64,000 bases of DNA. It comes from an uncultured bacterium. GTDB taxonomy: Bacteria; Actinomycetota; Coriobacteriia; Coriobacteriales; Coriobacteriaceae. The position numbers and the translations under genes are program-made. The notes under the pieces were generated by a model. The model saw nothing but the letters and a program-made list of their open reading frames with translations, did not search any database and was not told where the DNA came from. The stretch covers positions 2,655 through 66,654 of the forward strand of contig CAJMLB010000003.1 of NCBI GenBank assembly GCA_905214145.1, read 5' to 3'. This document shows, piece by piece, positions 1-11,282 of this stretch (position 1 is the first letter of the stretch; each line of letters begins with the position of its first letter).

Positions 1-281
1 ACGCCACGCTGTTTGACGAGACCGGCCGTGAGCTGTTCCTGACGCACGGCCACGTCTTTGGCGCCGGCATGCACAACAGCGTCGACCACGCGCCCGCGCT
101 GCCCGAGGGCTCCGCGCTCGTCTACGGCCATACGCACATCAAGGTTAACGAGGCAAGCGCCGCGCACCCGGGTCTGTGGCTCTTCAATCCTGGCAGCGTG
201 AGCATTCCCAAGGACGGTACGCATAGCTACGGCATCTACGAGGGCGGCGTGTTCCGTCACGTGGTCCTGGAGGAGGAATAA
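1..281 (+). CDS. YfcE-like metallophosphodiesterase, 5'-truncated by window edge
   Basis: Open frame from window start: LTHGH, YGHTH, FNPGSVSIPK motifs. Confidence 0.85.
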   Translation, partial: ATLFDETGRELFLTHGHVFGAGMHNSVDHAPALPEGSALVYGHTHIKVNEASAAHPGLWLFNPGSVSIPKDGTHSYGIYEGGVFRHVVLEEE

Positions 282-283
282 CT

Positions 284-1144
284 ATGGCGCAGCACATGGC
301 TCAGCAAAATGCCGAGGGTTCGCGCGACCTGTCCACGCTGGTCGACGCGTCGGCCGAGCTGCAGCATCTGGTGCAGACTATCTGGCGTCTGCGTCAGCCC
401 GATGGCTGCCCGTGGGATCGCGAGCAGACGCATCAGAGCATCGGCAAGAACATGATCGAGGAAGCCTACGAGGCGCTCGATTGCATCGAGGCCGATGATG
501 CCACGCATCTGCGCGAGGAGCTCGGCGACGTGCTCATGCAGGTAGTACTGCATGCGCAGATTGCGGCGGACGCCGGCGAGTTTACGCTGGCCGACGTGGC
601 GCGCGATATCGACGCCAAGCTCATCCGCCGCCACCCACACGTGTTTGGCGATGCGGACGTCGAGAGCTCCGACGAGGTGCTCAAGATTTGGGATGAGGTC
701 AAGCTTGCCGAGAAGGTTGCCAAGGACAAGGCCGTGGCAGCGGGCGAAGCTGCGCCCGAGGGTCTGCTCGACGGCGTGCCCACGCATCTGCCGGCGCTGA
801 TGCAGGCGCAGAAGGTGTCGCGCAAGGCGGCTGCCGTGGGCTTTGAGTGGGAGACGGTCCAGGATGTGTGGGACGAGGTTGCCGAGGAGCGTGCCGAGTT
901 TGAGGCCGAGGCTCCCGGTTCGCCCGAGCGCGAGATGGAGTTTGGCGACCTGCTCTTTGCCCTGGTCAACGTTGCGCGCAAAGAGGGCATCGACGCCGAG
1001 AGCGCCCTGCGCGCGAGCACGGCCAAGTTTCGCCGTCGCTGGGCCGCGATGGAGGCCGCCGTGCACGAGGCGGGCGATGACCTCGCCGCCTGCTCAACCG
1101 CTCAACTCAACGACCTGTGGGACCAAGCAAAAGCAAGCGAGTGA
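284..1144 (+). CDS. mazG: Nucleoside triphosphate pyrophosphohydrolase MazG
   Basis: GCPWDREQTH, EELGDVL, RRHPHVF, second EFGDLLF domain. Confidence 0.95.
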   Translation: MAQHMAQQNAEGSRDLSTLVDASAELQHLVQTIWRLRQPDGCPWDREQTHQSIGKNMIEEAYEALDCIEADDATHLREELGDVLMQVVLHAQIAADAGEFTLADVARDIDAKLIRRHPHVFGDADVESSDEVLKIWDEVKLAEKVAKDKAVAAGEAAPEGLLDGVPTHLPALMQAQKVSRKAAAVGFEWETVQDVWDEVAEERAEFEAEAPGSPEREMEFGDLLFALVNVARKEGIDAESALRASTAKFRRRWAAMEAAVHEAGDDLAACSTAQLNDLWDQAKASE

Positions 1145-1183
1145 GGCCTGCGTCTCTCACGGCATCCATTCGTAGAGAGGTCT

Positions 1184-2551
1184 CTACAAGCAAAAAGCCA
1201 TATACAACGGAAGATGTGCCAGCTGCGCTTCGGCATCCCACTCGAGTTGTTTAGGGTGCAACACGTAAGCCATCCCAATCTTCTTGTTAAAGCGCGCGCG
1301 GAATCGGTCGAGGGAGATGGTTCCGTATCTGCGTGGCGACTTAACTTCGATGGGGCTGATGCGCGGCTTTCCGGCGGCATTGACATAGGGTCGGGTAACG
1401 AGGAAGTCGATTTCCATGCGCTCCTCCCCCTCCTTCTTTCCGCTTTGGAAATAAAAGAAGAGCCTGTGTCCATTGGCCTTTAGAGATTGGGCAACGTAGT
1501 TTTCGGTAAGCATTCCTTCGTTCAATCCGATGTCGCCGCGAAGCACGGCTCTGTAAACGTCTTCATCGGTATCGTTGTTGTCAGAGAAGGCAAGCGTTAC
1601 AAGCAGGCCGGTGTCTGCCATGTAGCACTTGAGGGCCGTTTGCTCCATGCTGAGTGAAAGACCCACACTCGGTTCGCTTGCGGCATAGCAGATATTGGCA
1701 ATTCGCGCGTCTGCCAGCCAAAAGAAGGCTTCTTCGTAGGTGCGCATGCGTGCGTTTTTATCAAGTGAGGAAAGCTTGAATCGTTTTTCGTGCTTAGAGA
1801 GCTGACCCGGGATGCCATCGAGTACGGAGACGACTTTGAATTCGTAACCGGTTGCAAAACGAGAGATATCGTTGCGATAGAGCTGGACGATTCGGCGCTT
1901 CGAAGCGTCGACGGGCGCAAAAGCGCGCTGTTCAACATAGATGGATACCGGCTCAGGCATGCCGCCTACGAGCATGTATTCGCGCATAAGGGAGAGCGCT
2001 CTGCGATGTAGGGCATCGGGGAGCGGCTTCATCTTGTTAAAACTCATGCGAATGAGATCGGCCAGCCCCTTTTCGTCCATGCCCCAAAGAAACTCCTCAA
2101 AGTCGAGGGGCTCAAGTTCCAGAGACTCTTCCTCGGATGGGATGACGATATCTTTAATGTTCTGCTTGATGCTGAGCAGGGATCCAGTTTCGATGTAGTC
2201 GTAACGTCCGTCTGCAACGAGATACTTGATGAGTCCGCGTGCTTGCGGGTACATCTGGACCTCGTCAAAGACGATAAGCGTCTCGTGTTCATAGAGTTTG
2301 ACGTTATAGAAAACCGAGAGATAGAGGAAGAGCGAGTCGAAGTCAGTGCGATAGTCCTCAAAATATTGCTTAACTTCGGCAGGTGCTTGAAAGAAATCAA
2401 TGACAAGGCAGGACTTGTATTCGGTTTCTCCAAACGTGCGGGCAAGCGTGCTCTTGCCGACGCGGCGGGCTCCTTCAATAAGAAGTGCTGTTTTACCAGC
2501 GTTTTCATGCTTCCATTTTAGTAGTTTGTCATAGGCTTTTCGTTTAAGCAT
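1184..2551 (-). CDS. AAA_14 ATPase with DUF4143-type C-terminal nuclease-like domain
   Basis: GARRVGKS, VFDEVQ, TGS, KCYMADTGL, EIDF...PIEVKS; ATG 2551 preceded by GAGG; appears lower in GC than flanks. Confidence 0.85.
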   Translation of the reverse strand: MLKRKAYDKLLKWKHENAGKTALLIEGARRVGKSTLARTFGETEYKSCLVIDFFQAPAEVKQYFEDYRTDFDSLFLYLSVFYNVKLYEHETLIVFDEVQMYPQARGLIKYLVADGRYDYIETGSLLSIKQNIKDIVIPSEEESLELEPLDFEEFLWGMDEKGLADLIRMSFNKMKPLPDALHRRALSLMREYMLVGGMPEPVSIYVEQRAFAPVDASKRRIVQLYRNDISRFATGYEFKVVSVLDGIPGQLSKHEKRFKLSSLDKNARMRTYEEAFFWLADARIANICYAASEPSVGLSLSMEQTALKCYMADTGLLVTLAFSDNNDTDEDVYRAVLRGDIGLNEGMLTENYVAQSLKANGHRLFFYFQSGKKEGEERMEIDFLVTRPYVNAAGKPRISPIEVKSPRRYGTISLDRFRARFNKKIGMAYVLHPKQLEWDAEAQLAHLPLYMAFCL

Positions 2552-2563
2552 GGCTACCTCGTA

Positions 2564-2646
2564 CACGATATCCAGAACTTTTATAACCTGATTATGCACG
2601 ATATCCAGAACTTCAGACCCTTAGAATTGCACGATATCCAGAACTT
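2564..2646. repeat. Three exact 17-bp direct repeats CACGATATCCAGAACTT, 33-bp period
   Basis: Copies at 2564-2580, 2597-2613, 2630-2646. Confidence 0.95.
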
Positions 2647-2912
2647 TGAACGATGTAAAAGCACATTATTGGCTCTTTCATTCGCAAGCCAGGTAAAGAC
2701 GGTATGCCGATAGAAGAATTTAATGGGGGGGGCGACCTCTAGAGATGAATGCTCGGTGCAAAAACAAGCGCCCCAAAGAATGATTTCTCCAATTCATATG
2801 TATCCCTCGGCTAACTTAGGGCATAATGCAAAAAGTGCGACATGGCTAACTTACGGAGGCGCACCAATGGTGCACAGTCGGCCAGTCGCTTGCATCAACC
2901 GTTTCCAAGTGA

Positions 2913-4214
<1,302 letters not shown>

Positions 4215-4409
4215 ACGGGCGAATTTGGCGAGGGGGAGGCTGACTCGGTTCCTCCCCGTCTTGGCTGGATGCCGCAAAGAACTATGGGCGCTGGGCCATA
4301 CGGCTCAGCGCCTTTTTTATGTCGAGCAAAGGCTGGCGAAGGCGGTGCGGGCGCTCGTGCTATAACTAAAGGACTTAGCGCAAACAAACCTCAACCGCAC
4401 AAGGCGCAC

Positions 4410-5171
4410 ATGGATCAGATTTACGACAACAGGTATTATTCCGCCGGTTCGCGCGAGCCGTCGCCTCGTCGTGCGCGTACCGCACAGCTTGGCGGGTCTG
4501 GTTATGCTGGTGCTGATCGCTCCAGGTATAGCTCGCCGGCGACTTCGCATCCCAATGCTCAGCCAAATAGTTCCTCGGATAGTCCGGTGCGCCCATCGCG
4601 TTCCAAGCATGCGTCGCGCCCTTCGACCCAGGCGTCCGACAAGCCGCGCCGTCCCTCAAGCCGTCTTTCCGGCTCGGACTTTATGCACTACGCCAACGAC
4701 AACGCAGCGGTCAAGGCAATTTACGACTTTACCCACGGTCCTCAGCGAGGGCTGTTTATCGGTATTGTCGTCGCCCTGGTGCTCGTGAGCCTGTACTTTC
4801 CCGTGCGCGACCTCTACGTTGCCAAACGCTCGAGCGATATCTTGGCCAAGCAGGTCGAGATTCGCCAGCAGTACAACGACGAGCTGCAGAAAAGCGTCGA
4901 CAAGCTGCTCTCAGAGGAGGGCATTAAGGACGCGGCGACCGAGGACCTGGGCCTGGTGATGCCCGGCGAGACCAAGATTGACGTGCTGGGCCTGGACGAC
5001 GATTCGGACTCGTCGTCGAGCAAAAAGTCCTCGAACGCCAAGAAGGCCAGCGAAGTCGCCAAAGAGATCGAAGAGGTCGGCAAGGACGCGCCGTGGTACA
5101 TCCAGACGCTCGATATGCTGTTTGGATTTAACGGCGTCGAGGGCCAGACGGTCGTGTCCAACGGCAAATAG
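4410..5171 (+). CDS. Septum formation initiator (FtsB/DivIC family)
   Basis: Disordered N-terminus, single TM, coiled coil, LGLVMPGE; position after eno; start uncertain. Confidence 0.75.
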   Translation: MDQIYDNRYYSAGSREPSPRRARTAQLGGSGYAGADRSRYSSPATSHPNAQPNSSSDSPVRPSRSKHASRPSTQASDKPRRPSSRLSGSDFMHYANDNAAVKAIYDFTHGPQRGLFIGIVVALVLVSLYFPVRDLYVAKRSSDILAKQVEIRQQYNDELQKSVDKLLSEEGIKDAATEDLGLVMPGETKIDVLGLDDDSDSSSSKKSSNAKKASEVAKEIEEVGKDAPWYIQTLDMLFGFNGVEGQTVVSNGK

Positions 5172-5191
5172 CGCCCGGAGGGGAGCCTGCA

Positions 5192-6193
5192 ATGGCAGAT
5201 TGCAAACGCTATAAGGTAGCCGCGATTGACCTGGGAACAGTGTCGTCGCGACTGGTGTTAGCGCAGGTCGAGGCCGGGGCGATCGTGGAATCGTCCAAGC
5301 ATACCGAGATCACCGACTTGGGCGAGGGCGTGGACGCGACGGGCCGCTTTTGCGAGGCGGCCGTTGAGCGCGTGCTCGCCGCATGCCGCATGTTTGTGGA
5401 CGAGGCACGTGCCTTTGGGGCCGCGTGCATCTGCACCACATGCACGAGCGCCGCGCGCGATGCGTCCAATGCCGCGCTGCTGCTGGACGGCCTGCGCGAT
5501 CTGGGGCTTGAGCCACAGGTGATTCCGGGCGAGGTCGAGGCACGCCTGACGTTTTTTGGCGTGGCGCACGACTTTGCTGGCGAGCGCATCATTGTTGCCG
5601 ATTCGGGCGGCGGATCCACGGAGCTCGCGACGGGCGTCTATGCGCCGGAGCGTGGGGTCTTTGCGCTGGAGGGCACGCGTTCGCTGGACATCGGTTGTCG
5701 CCGCGTGACGGAGCGGTTCTTCTCGGCGCTGCCGCCTGCGGACGGCGAGCTTGCTGCCGCTGCCGCGTGGGCAGGTGAGCAGTTTGCGGGCTACTTTGAG
5801 AGTCTGCCTGTCGACTTTGAGCGCGCCGAACGCTTGGTCGCAGTGGGCGGCACGGTGACTACGCTGGTGGCTCTGGTCCACGAGCTGGAGCCGTATGATT
5901 CGAGCTTCGTGCACCTGCGCGAGCTTTCGCTGGAGCAGGTCTCGGCCGCTATCGAGCGCATGTCCACGCTGGACGCGGACAGCATCGCCGCGCTACCGGG
6001 TGTGCAGCCCAAACGCGCGGGCGTGATCTTGGCTGGCGCCGTGGTAATCCGCGAGCTCATGCGAGCCGGCGGCTACGACACGCTCACCGTAAGCGAGAAC
6101 AGCCTGCTTGCCGGCATGGCCGCCACCATCAACGAGGTTCTCGACGGCGCGACCCCCACCATCGCCTGGACCCCCGCTCTCAGCACCCTCTAA
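5192..6193 (+). CDS. ppx: Ppx/GppA family phosphatase
   Basis: AAIDLGT, TSAARDASN, EARL, DSGGGSTE, GGTVTT. Confidence 0.92.
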   Translation: MADCKRYKVAAIDLGTVSSRLVLAQVEAGAIVESSKHTEITDLGEGVDATGRFCEAAVERVLAACRMFVDEARAFGAACICTTCTSAARDASNAALLLDGLRDLGLEPQVIPGEVEARLTFFGVAHDFAGERIIVADSGGGSTELATGVYAPERGVFALEGTRSLDIGCRRVTERFFSALPPADGELAAAAAWAGEQFAGYFESLPVDFERAERLVAVGGTVTTLVALVHELEPYDSSFVHLRELSLEQVSAAIERMSTLDADSIAALPGVQPKRAGVILAGAVVIRELMRAGGYDTLTVSENSLLAGMAATINEVLDGATPTIAWTPALSTL

Positions 6194-6269
6194 ATAAGCT
6201 GCGGTGAAATAGTTCCTAAATAAGCTGGTAAACGGTATAAACAGGATCTATTCCACCGCAGCTTAGAGC

Positions 6270-6547
6270 CCCACCGGCGTCCAAAAGAAACGAGCCCGCA
6301 TCCCTTGGGGACACGGGCTCGAAAGCTCCATATGGTAGGGGCGGCGGGACGTCCGCGTATTTGCTGCGCAAATTCGCACCGGCTTCGGCCGCCTGCCGGC
6401 GCCCTCGTCGGCTCGCTGCGGACGCTGCGCGTCCGCCTGGTGCTCGCCCCCTCGCGGGTTCGAGTCCCACCGGCGTCCAAAAGAAACGAGCCCGCATCCC
6501 AACGGGACACGGGCTCGTAAGCAATCACATGGTAGGGGCGGTGGGAC
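6270..6547. repeat. ~80-bp tandem direct repeat of hairpin plus tRNA-Leu 3' end
   Basis: CCCACCGGCGTCCAAAAGAAACGAGCCCGCATCCC-N3-GGGACACGGGCTCG...ATGGTAGGGGCGG-N-GGGAC at ~6270-6350 and ~6466-6547. Confidence 0.85.
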
Positions 6548-6614
6548 TCGAACCCACAATCCTTGCGGCGAGAGATTTTAAGTCTCCTGCGTATGCCAAT
6601 TCCGCCACGCCCCC
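6530..6614 (-). tRNA. tRNA-Leu (TAA)
   Basis: GGGGGCG/CGCCCCT acceptor stem, GGAGA-CTTAAAA-TCTCT anticodon arm, long variable arm, GGTTCGAGTCC T-loop, encoded CCA. Confidence 0.97.
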
Positions 6615-6645
6615 GTGAAACTAGAAGTCTAGCACAAGCCGTTCG

Positions 6646-7269
6646 CTACGCGTTGACAGCCATCGAGTGCCGGCCCGACTTTTCCAAGTACTCGGCAAAC
6701 TTGGCCTCGTCGCCCTTGTTCTTGTACTGCAGGGCCAACAGGTACTCCAAGCGGCAACTCTTAACCTTATCGTCGCCGGCCTCCTCGAGCATGCGCTCCA
6801 GCTCGGGAATGTCGTTGTGGCGCTTGAGGATCATCGTGTCGTACATCAGCTGGCACTCGTGCGCGACTGCCTCGGCCTGACCGCCCTCAAAGCCCTTGAT
6901 CTCGTGCAGGAGCTCCTTGGACTTTTTGCGGTCCTCCTGGCCAACGTAGTAGTTAAAGGCCTTAATGACCAGGTCGACGCGCTGCATCTTGGGCAGGTTG
7001 AGTCCCAGCAGCAGGTCGAACATCTCGCTGGCGCGCTCGTGGTCCTCGCGCAGCAGATAGGAGTTCAGGCGCAGGTAGTCGCGGTTGTAGCGCGGGTACA
7101 GCATGCTGGTGAGTTTGCCGTCGAGCAAACGATCGAACTCGTCCCACTGCTTGGCGGCCATGAGCTGCTGCAGGCGCTTAAACGTGGTGCGTTTTTTGAC
7201 GCTAAAGAACACCGACACGGCGATGCAGATGATAACGACGGCGGTCCAGAGTGTGCGGGAATCGGGCAT
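6646..7269 (-). CDS. Membrane-anchored helical-repeat hypothetical protein
   Basis: N-terminal TM, helical TPR-like pattern, host-like codon usage. Confidence 0.7.
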   Translation of the reverse strand: MPDSRTLWTAVVIICIAVSVFFSVKKRTTFKRLQQLMAAKQWDEFDRLLDGKLTSMLYPRYNRDYLRLNSYLLREDHERASEMFDLLLGLNLPKMQRVDLVIKAFNYYVGQEDRKKSKELLHEIKGFEGGQAEAVAHECQLMYDTMILKRHNDIPELERMLEEAGDDKVKSCRLEYLLALQYKNKGDEAKFAEYLEKSGRHSMAVNA

Positions 7270-7432
7270 ATTAGGGTCCTTAGTCGCTCATAAAGCGAGC
7301 GGTATGACAACACGTACTGGATGTATTATACGCAGCGCGCAAGCAAACTGGCATAAAAGCTCATCGAGGCCGAGTGACATCGCTCGCTGCGGTACACTTA
7401 CCTAAAGTAAACCATGAAGGGAGACATTACCT

Positions 7433-7720
7433 ATGAAGAAGATCGTTTTGGCTTGCGGTGCTGGCGCTGCTACTTCCACGCTCGTTGCCCAGAAGGTCGC
7501 CACCCTGCTCGACGCCAACGGTTATGCCGGCAAGTATGAGATCGTGCAGTGCGCCATCTCCGAGGCCAAGGATTACTGCGACGAGGGCGCTGACCTGCTG
7601 ATCGCCACCACCGTTGCCCCCGAGGGTCTCACCTGCCCGTACGTGAGCGGCGTGCCCTTCATGACCGGCATGAACCGCGTCGCTGCTGAGAAGGCCGTTC
7701 TCGGCGTCATGGCTCAGTAG
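7433..7720 (+). CDS. PTS EIIB component, galactitol/ascorbate type
   Basis: LACGAGAATS phospho-Cys loop; RBS GAAGGGAG. Confidence 0.88.
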   Translation: MKKIVLACGAGAATSTLVAQKVATLLDANGYAGKYEIVQCAISEAKDYCDEGADLLIATTVAPEGLTCPYVSGVPFMTGMNRVAAEKAVLGVMAQ

Positions 7721-7731
7721 GCGCTGACTGC

Positions 7732-8106
7732 ATGAGTGAGCAGAACGCCAATCCGGTCGAGCTCTTTGGCATGCGCGTTGCCCATGTGGGCATTAACGCC
7801 ACCGACCCGGCAGACGCCTTGGAGATCGCGGAGCTGTTCTCGACGATGATGGGCCTGCCCGTCATCGAGACCCCGGTTTCGTACTTCAATGATTCGCTGG
7901 TCGAGGTCATGAAGCAGAACGGTCGAGGCGCTAAGGGCCACATCGGCTTTGCCGTCAACGACATCGATGCGGCCGAGAAGTGGTTTGCCGAGCGCGGGCT
8001 CGAGGTCAACGAGGAGTCGCGCGTGCTGCTGCCCGATGGCGGCACCAAGCTCGTGTACTTTAAGCGCGAGTTCGCCGGCTTCGCCGTGCACCTGTGCCGC
8101 GAGTAG
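7732..8106 (+). CDS. VOC/glyoxalase-fold protein
   Basis: AHVGIN, GHIGFAVNDID, FAGFAVHL. Confidence 0.75.
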   Translation: MSEQNANPVELFGMRVAHVGINATDPADALEIAELFSTMMGLPVIETPVSYFNDSLVEVMKQNGRGAKGHIGFAVNDIDAAEKWFAERGLEVNEESRVLLPDGGTKLVYFKREFAGFAVHLCRE

Positions 8107-8130
8107 CGTACAAGCTGCTATAGCTAGCAA

Positions 8131-8162
8131 AAAGGGATAGGGCCGCATGGCCTTATCCCTTT
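8131..8162 (+). terminator. Intrinsic terminator
   Basis: AAAGGGATAGGGCC-GCAT-GGCCTTATCCCTTT hairpin after VOC gene. Confidence 0.7.
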
Positions 8163-8202
8163 ATTTATGCCGAGGGGTTGACTTTTGCAACGGTCAAAAA
8201 AC

Positions 8203-8384
8203 CGAAGTCTAATACTTTTCCGAGAAGTGAACGAGACAAATCGGATCCCCGAAGCATTGACACTTTAAGGGCGTCGTTTCCTGCGGTTTCGATACTAGAA
8301 TCCTGCGATTTTGCCGACGAAAAATGTGGATGCTTCAGGGGTCCAAAAACAGACGTTCACTTCGCGGAAAAGTATTAGACCTCG
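8203..8384. mobile_element. 182-bp MITE-like element, copy 1
   Basis: ~31-bp terminal IRs: CGAAGTCTAATACTTTTCCGAGAAGTGAACG / CGTTCACTTCGCGGAAAAGTATTAGACCTCG; second copy at 11283. Confidence 0.75.
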
Positions 8385-8401
8385 ATTCACGAGGGGGCTT
8401 C

Positions 8402-9697
8402 CTACCGCGGCAGGCGAATCGTAAAGCGGCTGCCGACCCCTTCGACCGAGGTCACACCGATGACGCCGCCGTGGCTGTCGACGATCCACTTGGCGATAGC
8501 GAGCCCCAGGCCCGAACCCTGTGCGCCGGCATCGCGCGCGTTGTCGGCGCGGTAGAACCGCTCGAACGCGTGAGCTGCGGATTCCTGGTTCATGCCGATG
8601 CCCTCGTCTTCAACGGCTATGTCGACCGCGCCCGTGCCCGCTTCGGGTGTTATGCCAAATGTGACGGTCGTTCCCGCGTCCGAATACTTAGCGGCGTTTT
8701 GCACGATCACGCGCAGAGCCTGCTTCACGAGCGCGACATCGACGGACGCGTCGCAGCGCGGGTCGCTGGCAAACGCAGCGTCAAAAGCCAGCCGATATGT
8801 GTGCCCGGCATCAATCATCTGCGATTCCTCGCACACCTCGCCGACCAGTGCAGCCAGGTTGGTATTCACGCGCCGCAGCACGGTGCGGCCGGCATCTCCG
8901 CGTGCCAAAAACAGCAGTTGTTCCACGAGCTCCTGCATGTGCTCGCTTTCGGCCTTGAGCGAGGCGATGGACTCTGCCAGCACGGCCGGGTCGTCTTTGC
9001 CCCAGCGGTCGAGCATGTTTACGTAGCCCTGAATCACCGCGATGGGCGTGCGCAGCTCGTGGCTCGCATCGTTGACAAAGCGCATCTGCTGCAGCTTGGC
9101 CTCTTGCATCTGGCGCAGCAGGCGGTTGAGCGCGACCTCGATGCTCGCCAGGTCGGCGTCGCCAGTGGTGACGCTCGGCGAATCGACGCTTGCTCGCTCG
9201 ATGGCCTGCTCCAGCGTTTCCATCTTGCCGCCGGAGAGCTGCATGCGGCCGAGCTCGTCCACGCGCAAAGCCAGGTCGTTGAGCGGCGCCATGGTGCGGC
9301 GCACGCGCCTCGCGCCGCCGAGCATGTTGAGCACGCTGATGACCTGCCAACCCACAACGACAAGGTAGAGAGGCCATAGCGTGACGAGGTCCTGCGCGAG
9401 GGGGAAGGTCTTGCTGGTGCGCGCAAGCTCGACGGTGTAGGTGAGCGTTGTCAGGTCCCAGCCGCGCGCGGGCGTCAGCGACATGCCGTGAACGGTGGCG
9501 CCGGGAATCCAGCCTGCGGTAAACGCGCTGTCGGGCAGCGTCTGGTTGTATCCATAGACGAGGATCGCCGCCGCAATCACCACCAGCAACAGATCGAGCC
9601 AGACGTAGCTCACCAAGCGGCGCCACATGTAGCTCCAGTTGATGGCGCGGGCGATGGAGGTGACGCGCTTGGTCTCGGCGTTACGCGCGACAGACAT
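8402..9697 (-). CDS. Sensor histidine kinase
   Basis: ASHELRTP, QNAAKYS, DEGIG, GSGLGL; two TMs. Confidence 0.93.
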   Translation of the reverse strand: MSVARNAETKRVTSIARAINWSYMWRRLVSYVWLDLLLVVIAAAILVYGYNQTLPDSAFTAGWIPGATVHGMSLTPARGWDLTTLTYTVELARTSKTFPLAQDLVTLWPLYLVVVGWQVISVLNMLGGARRVRRTMAPLNDLALRVDELGRMQLSGGKMETLEQAIERASVDSPSVTTGDADLASIEVALNRLLRQMQEAKLQQMRFVNDASHELRTPIAVIQGYVNMLDRWGKDDPAVLAESIASLKAESEHMQELVEQLLFLARGDAGRTVLRRVNTNLAALVGEVCEESQMIDAGHTYRLAFDAAFASDPRCDASVDVALVKQALRVIVQNAAKYSDAGTTVTFGITPEAGTGAVDIAVEDEGIGMNQESAAHAFERFYRADNARDAGAQGSGLGLAIAKWIVDSHGGVIGVTSVEGVGSRFTIRLPR

Positions 9698-10466
9698 AGC
9701 CCACCCCGCGCACAGTTTGGATGATGCGGGCACCGCCGGCGTCTTCGATCTTGGCGCGCAGGTGCGCGATGTGTACGTCGACGTTGTTGGTGTCTCCTAC
9801 GTATTCGTAGCCCAGTGCCTCGTGCGCGATGCGCTCGCGCGTGAGCACGGTGCCGGCATGTGCCATAAGCAGGGCGAGGACGTCGAACTCGCGGGCCGTG
9901 AGCGCGATGGGCGAGCCGCCGACCGTGACTTCGCGGCGGTCGGGGTCGAGCGCAACCGAGCCCACGGTGAGCGTGGCAGGGGAGGGTGAAGCGGAGGCCT
10001 GGGTCGAGTTGCTGGCCGGGGGAATCGCAACGGCGCTCTCGCCCGCGCCGCCCGCCATACCCGCCCTGACGCCGGCGCCGCCAACGCCCGAAGCCGTCCG
10101 CACGGCCTCCGAGCGCTTCAGCGCCACACGGATCCGTGCGAACAACTCCTCAATCGCAAACGGCTTGGTCAGGTAATCGTCAGCGCCGGCATCGAGCCCG
10201 GCCACCTTGTCCATCACAGCATCGCGCGCGGTGACCATGATCACCGGCACGTCCTTGTGCTTGCGGACACGCCGCAGGACCTCCATGCCGTTGAGCTGCG
10301 GCAACAGCACATCGAGCAGAATCAGATCGTAGTCGCGCTCCAGCGCCAGGTCAACGGCGGTGCGGCCATCGGCGGCGTGCTCCACCTGGTAGCCCTCGTG
10401 CTCCAGTTCGAGCGTCACAAAGCGGGCGATTTTCTCCTCGTCCTCTACGATAAGGATCCGTGCCAT
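9681..10466 (-). CDS. OmpR-family response regulator
   Basis: ILIVEDE, LLDVLLP, GADDYLTKPF, TVRGVGY. Confidence 0.95.
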   Translation of the reverse strand: MARILIVEDEEKIARFVTLELEHEGYQVEHAADGRTAVDLALERDYDLILLDVLLPQLNGMEVLRRVRKHKDVPVIMVTARDAVMDKVAGLDAGADDYLTKPFAIEELFARIRVALKRSEAVRTASGVGGAGVRAGMAGGAGESAVAIPPASNSTQASASPSPATLTVGSVALDPDRREVTVGGSPIALTAREFDVLALLMAHAGTVLTRERIAHEALGYEYVGDTNNVDVHIAHLRAKIEDAGGARIIQTVRGVGYVCRA

Positions 10467-10484
10467 GCGTGCCCCCGTCTGCGA

Positions 10485-11027
10485 TTACTTGTCGTCGTTC
10501 AGATTTTGCTTGATGCCGTCCGCGGCATCGGCGGCGTGATCCATCAGGTTGTTGATGCTGCCGGGCACGTCGCCGTCGCTGTCGATACGGTAGCGCATGC
10601 CAAAGAACAGACCAATCAGCATCAGCCATATCGTGGCGCCCCAGGCAAACAGGGCGACGATGGGAATCAGGATGGGGATGTTGAGGATGATCGCATCGCG
10701 GCGCGTGGCGATAAACTTGGTGTCCAGGCTCAGGCGGAAGAGCTTTTTGAGGTACTCCCACACGCTGTCCATCTTCTTGGAGAAGTCGGTCTTTTCGCTC
10801 GACTTTTCGTAGGCGGCCTGTGCGGCGACCATCTCGGCCGAGGGCTCATCGGCCGGCGCGGACTCGGTGGCGGCGTGCGCCGACGTGGTCTGGGTCTTGC
10901 CCTGCGACTCGAGCCAAATGATGGCGTCCAGAACGTTGCCGTCGGCGGCGTCGAGCGCGGCCTTGGCATCGGTATAGCTCACGTTGCACTTGGTGCGGAT
11001 GGTTTCAACTTTTTCGAGGTCGTCCAT
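10485..11027 (-). CDS. UBA-like N-terminus plus DUF4342-like membrane protein
   Basis: VSYTDAKAALDAADGNVLDAIIWLE and a hydrophobic C-terminal segment. Confidence 0.65.
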   Translation of the reverse strand: MDDLEKVETIRTKCNVSYTDAKAALDAADGNVLDAIIWLESQGKTQTTSAHAATESAPADEPSAEMVAAQAAYEKSSEKTDFSKKMDSVWEYLKKLFRLSLDTKFIATRRDAIILNIPILIPIVALFAWGATIWLMLIGLFFGMRYRIDSDGDVPGSINNLMDHAADAADGIKQNLNDDK

Positions 11028-11282
11028 GACCTGTCCTTTCGTTCGATGGGCGCGACGCCGGGCTATCTGCCCGGGCGCGAGCGTTGCGTTCGGCGGCCTG
11101 CGTTGCGCGGTGCCGCCCCGCCCTTGGTCGAACTCTATAGTGCAGGTTATAGATTAAGCGATTCTTGAGCCAAGATTAATAGTGGATGAGTTTTTGGGTG
11201 GCGCGGAGGCGGGCGGGGGCAGAAAAGGCAGGTTTTGCGTGGCGTGAAGGAGGTGCAGTCTGATCTTTGGGACGGCTGACAG

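Noticed and set aside
2564..2646. Mini CRISPR array
   Set aside because: 17-bp repeats and 16-bp spacers are too short, and no cas genes are present
1165..2750. Terminal inverted repeats around the AAA/DUF4143 gene
   Set aside because: CATTC...AGAGGTC similarity is short and gapped
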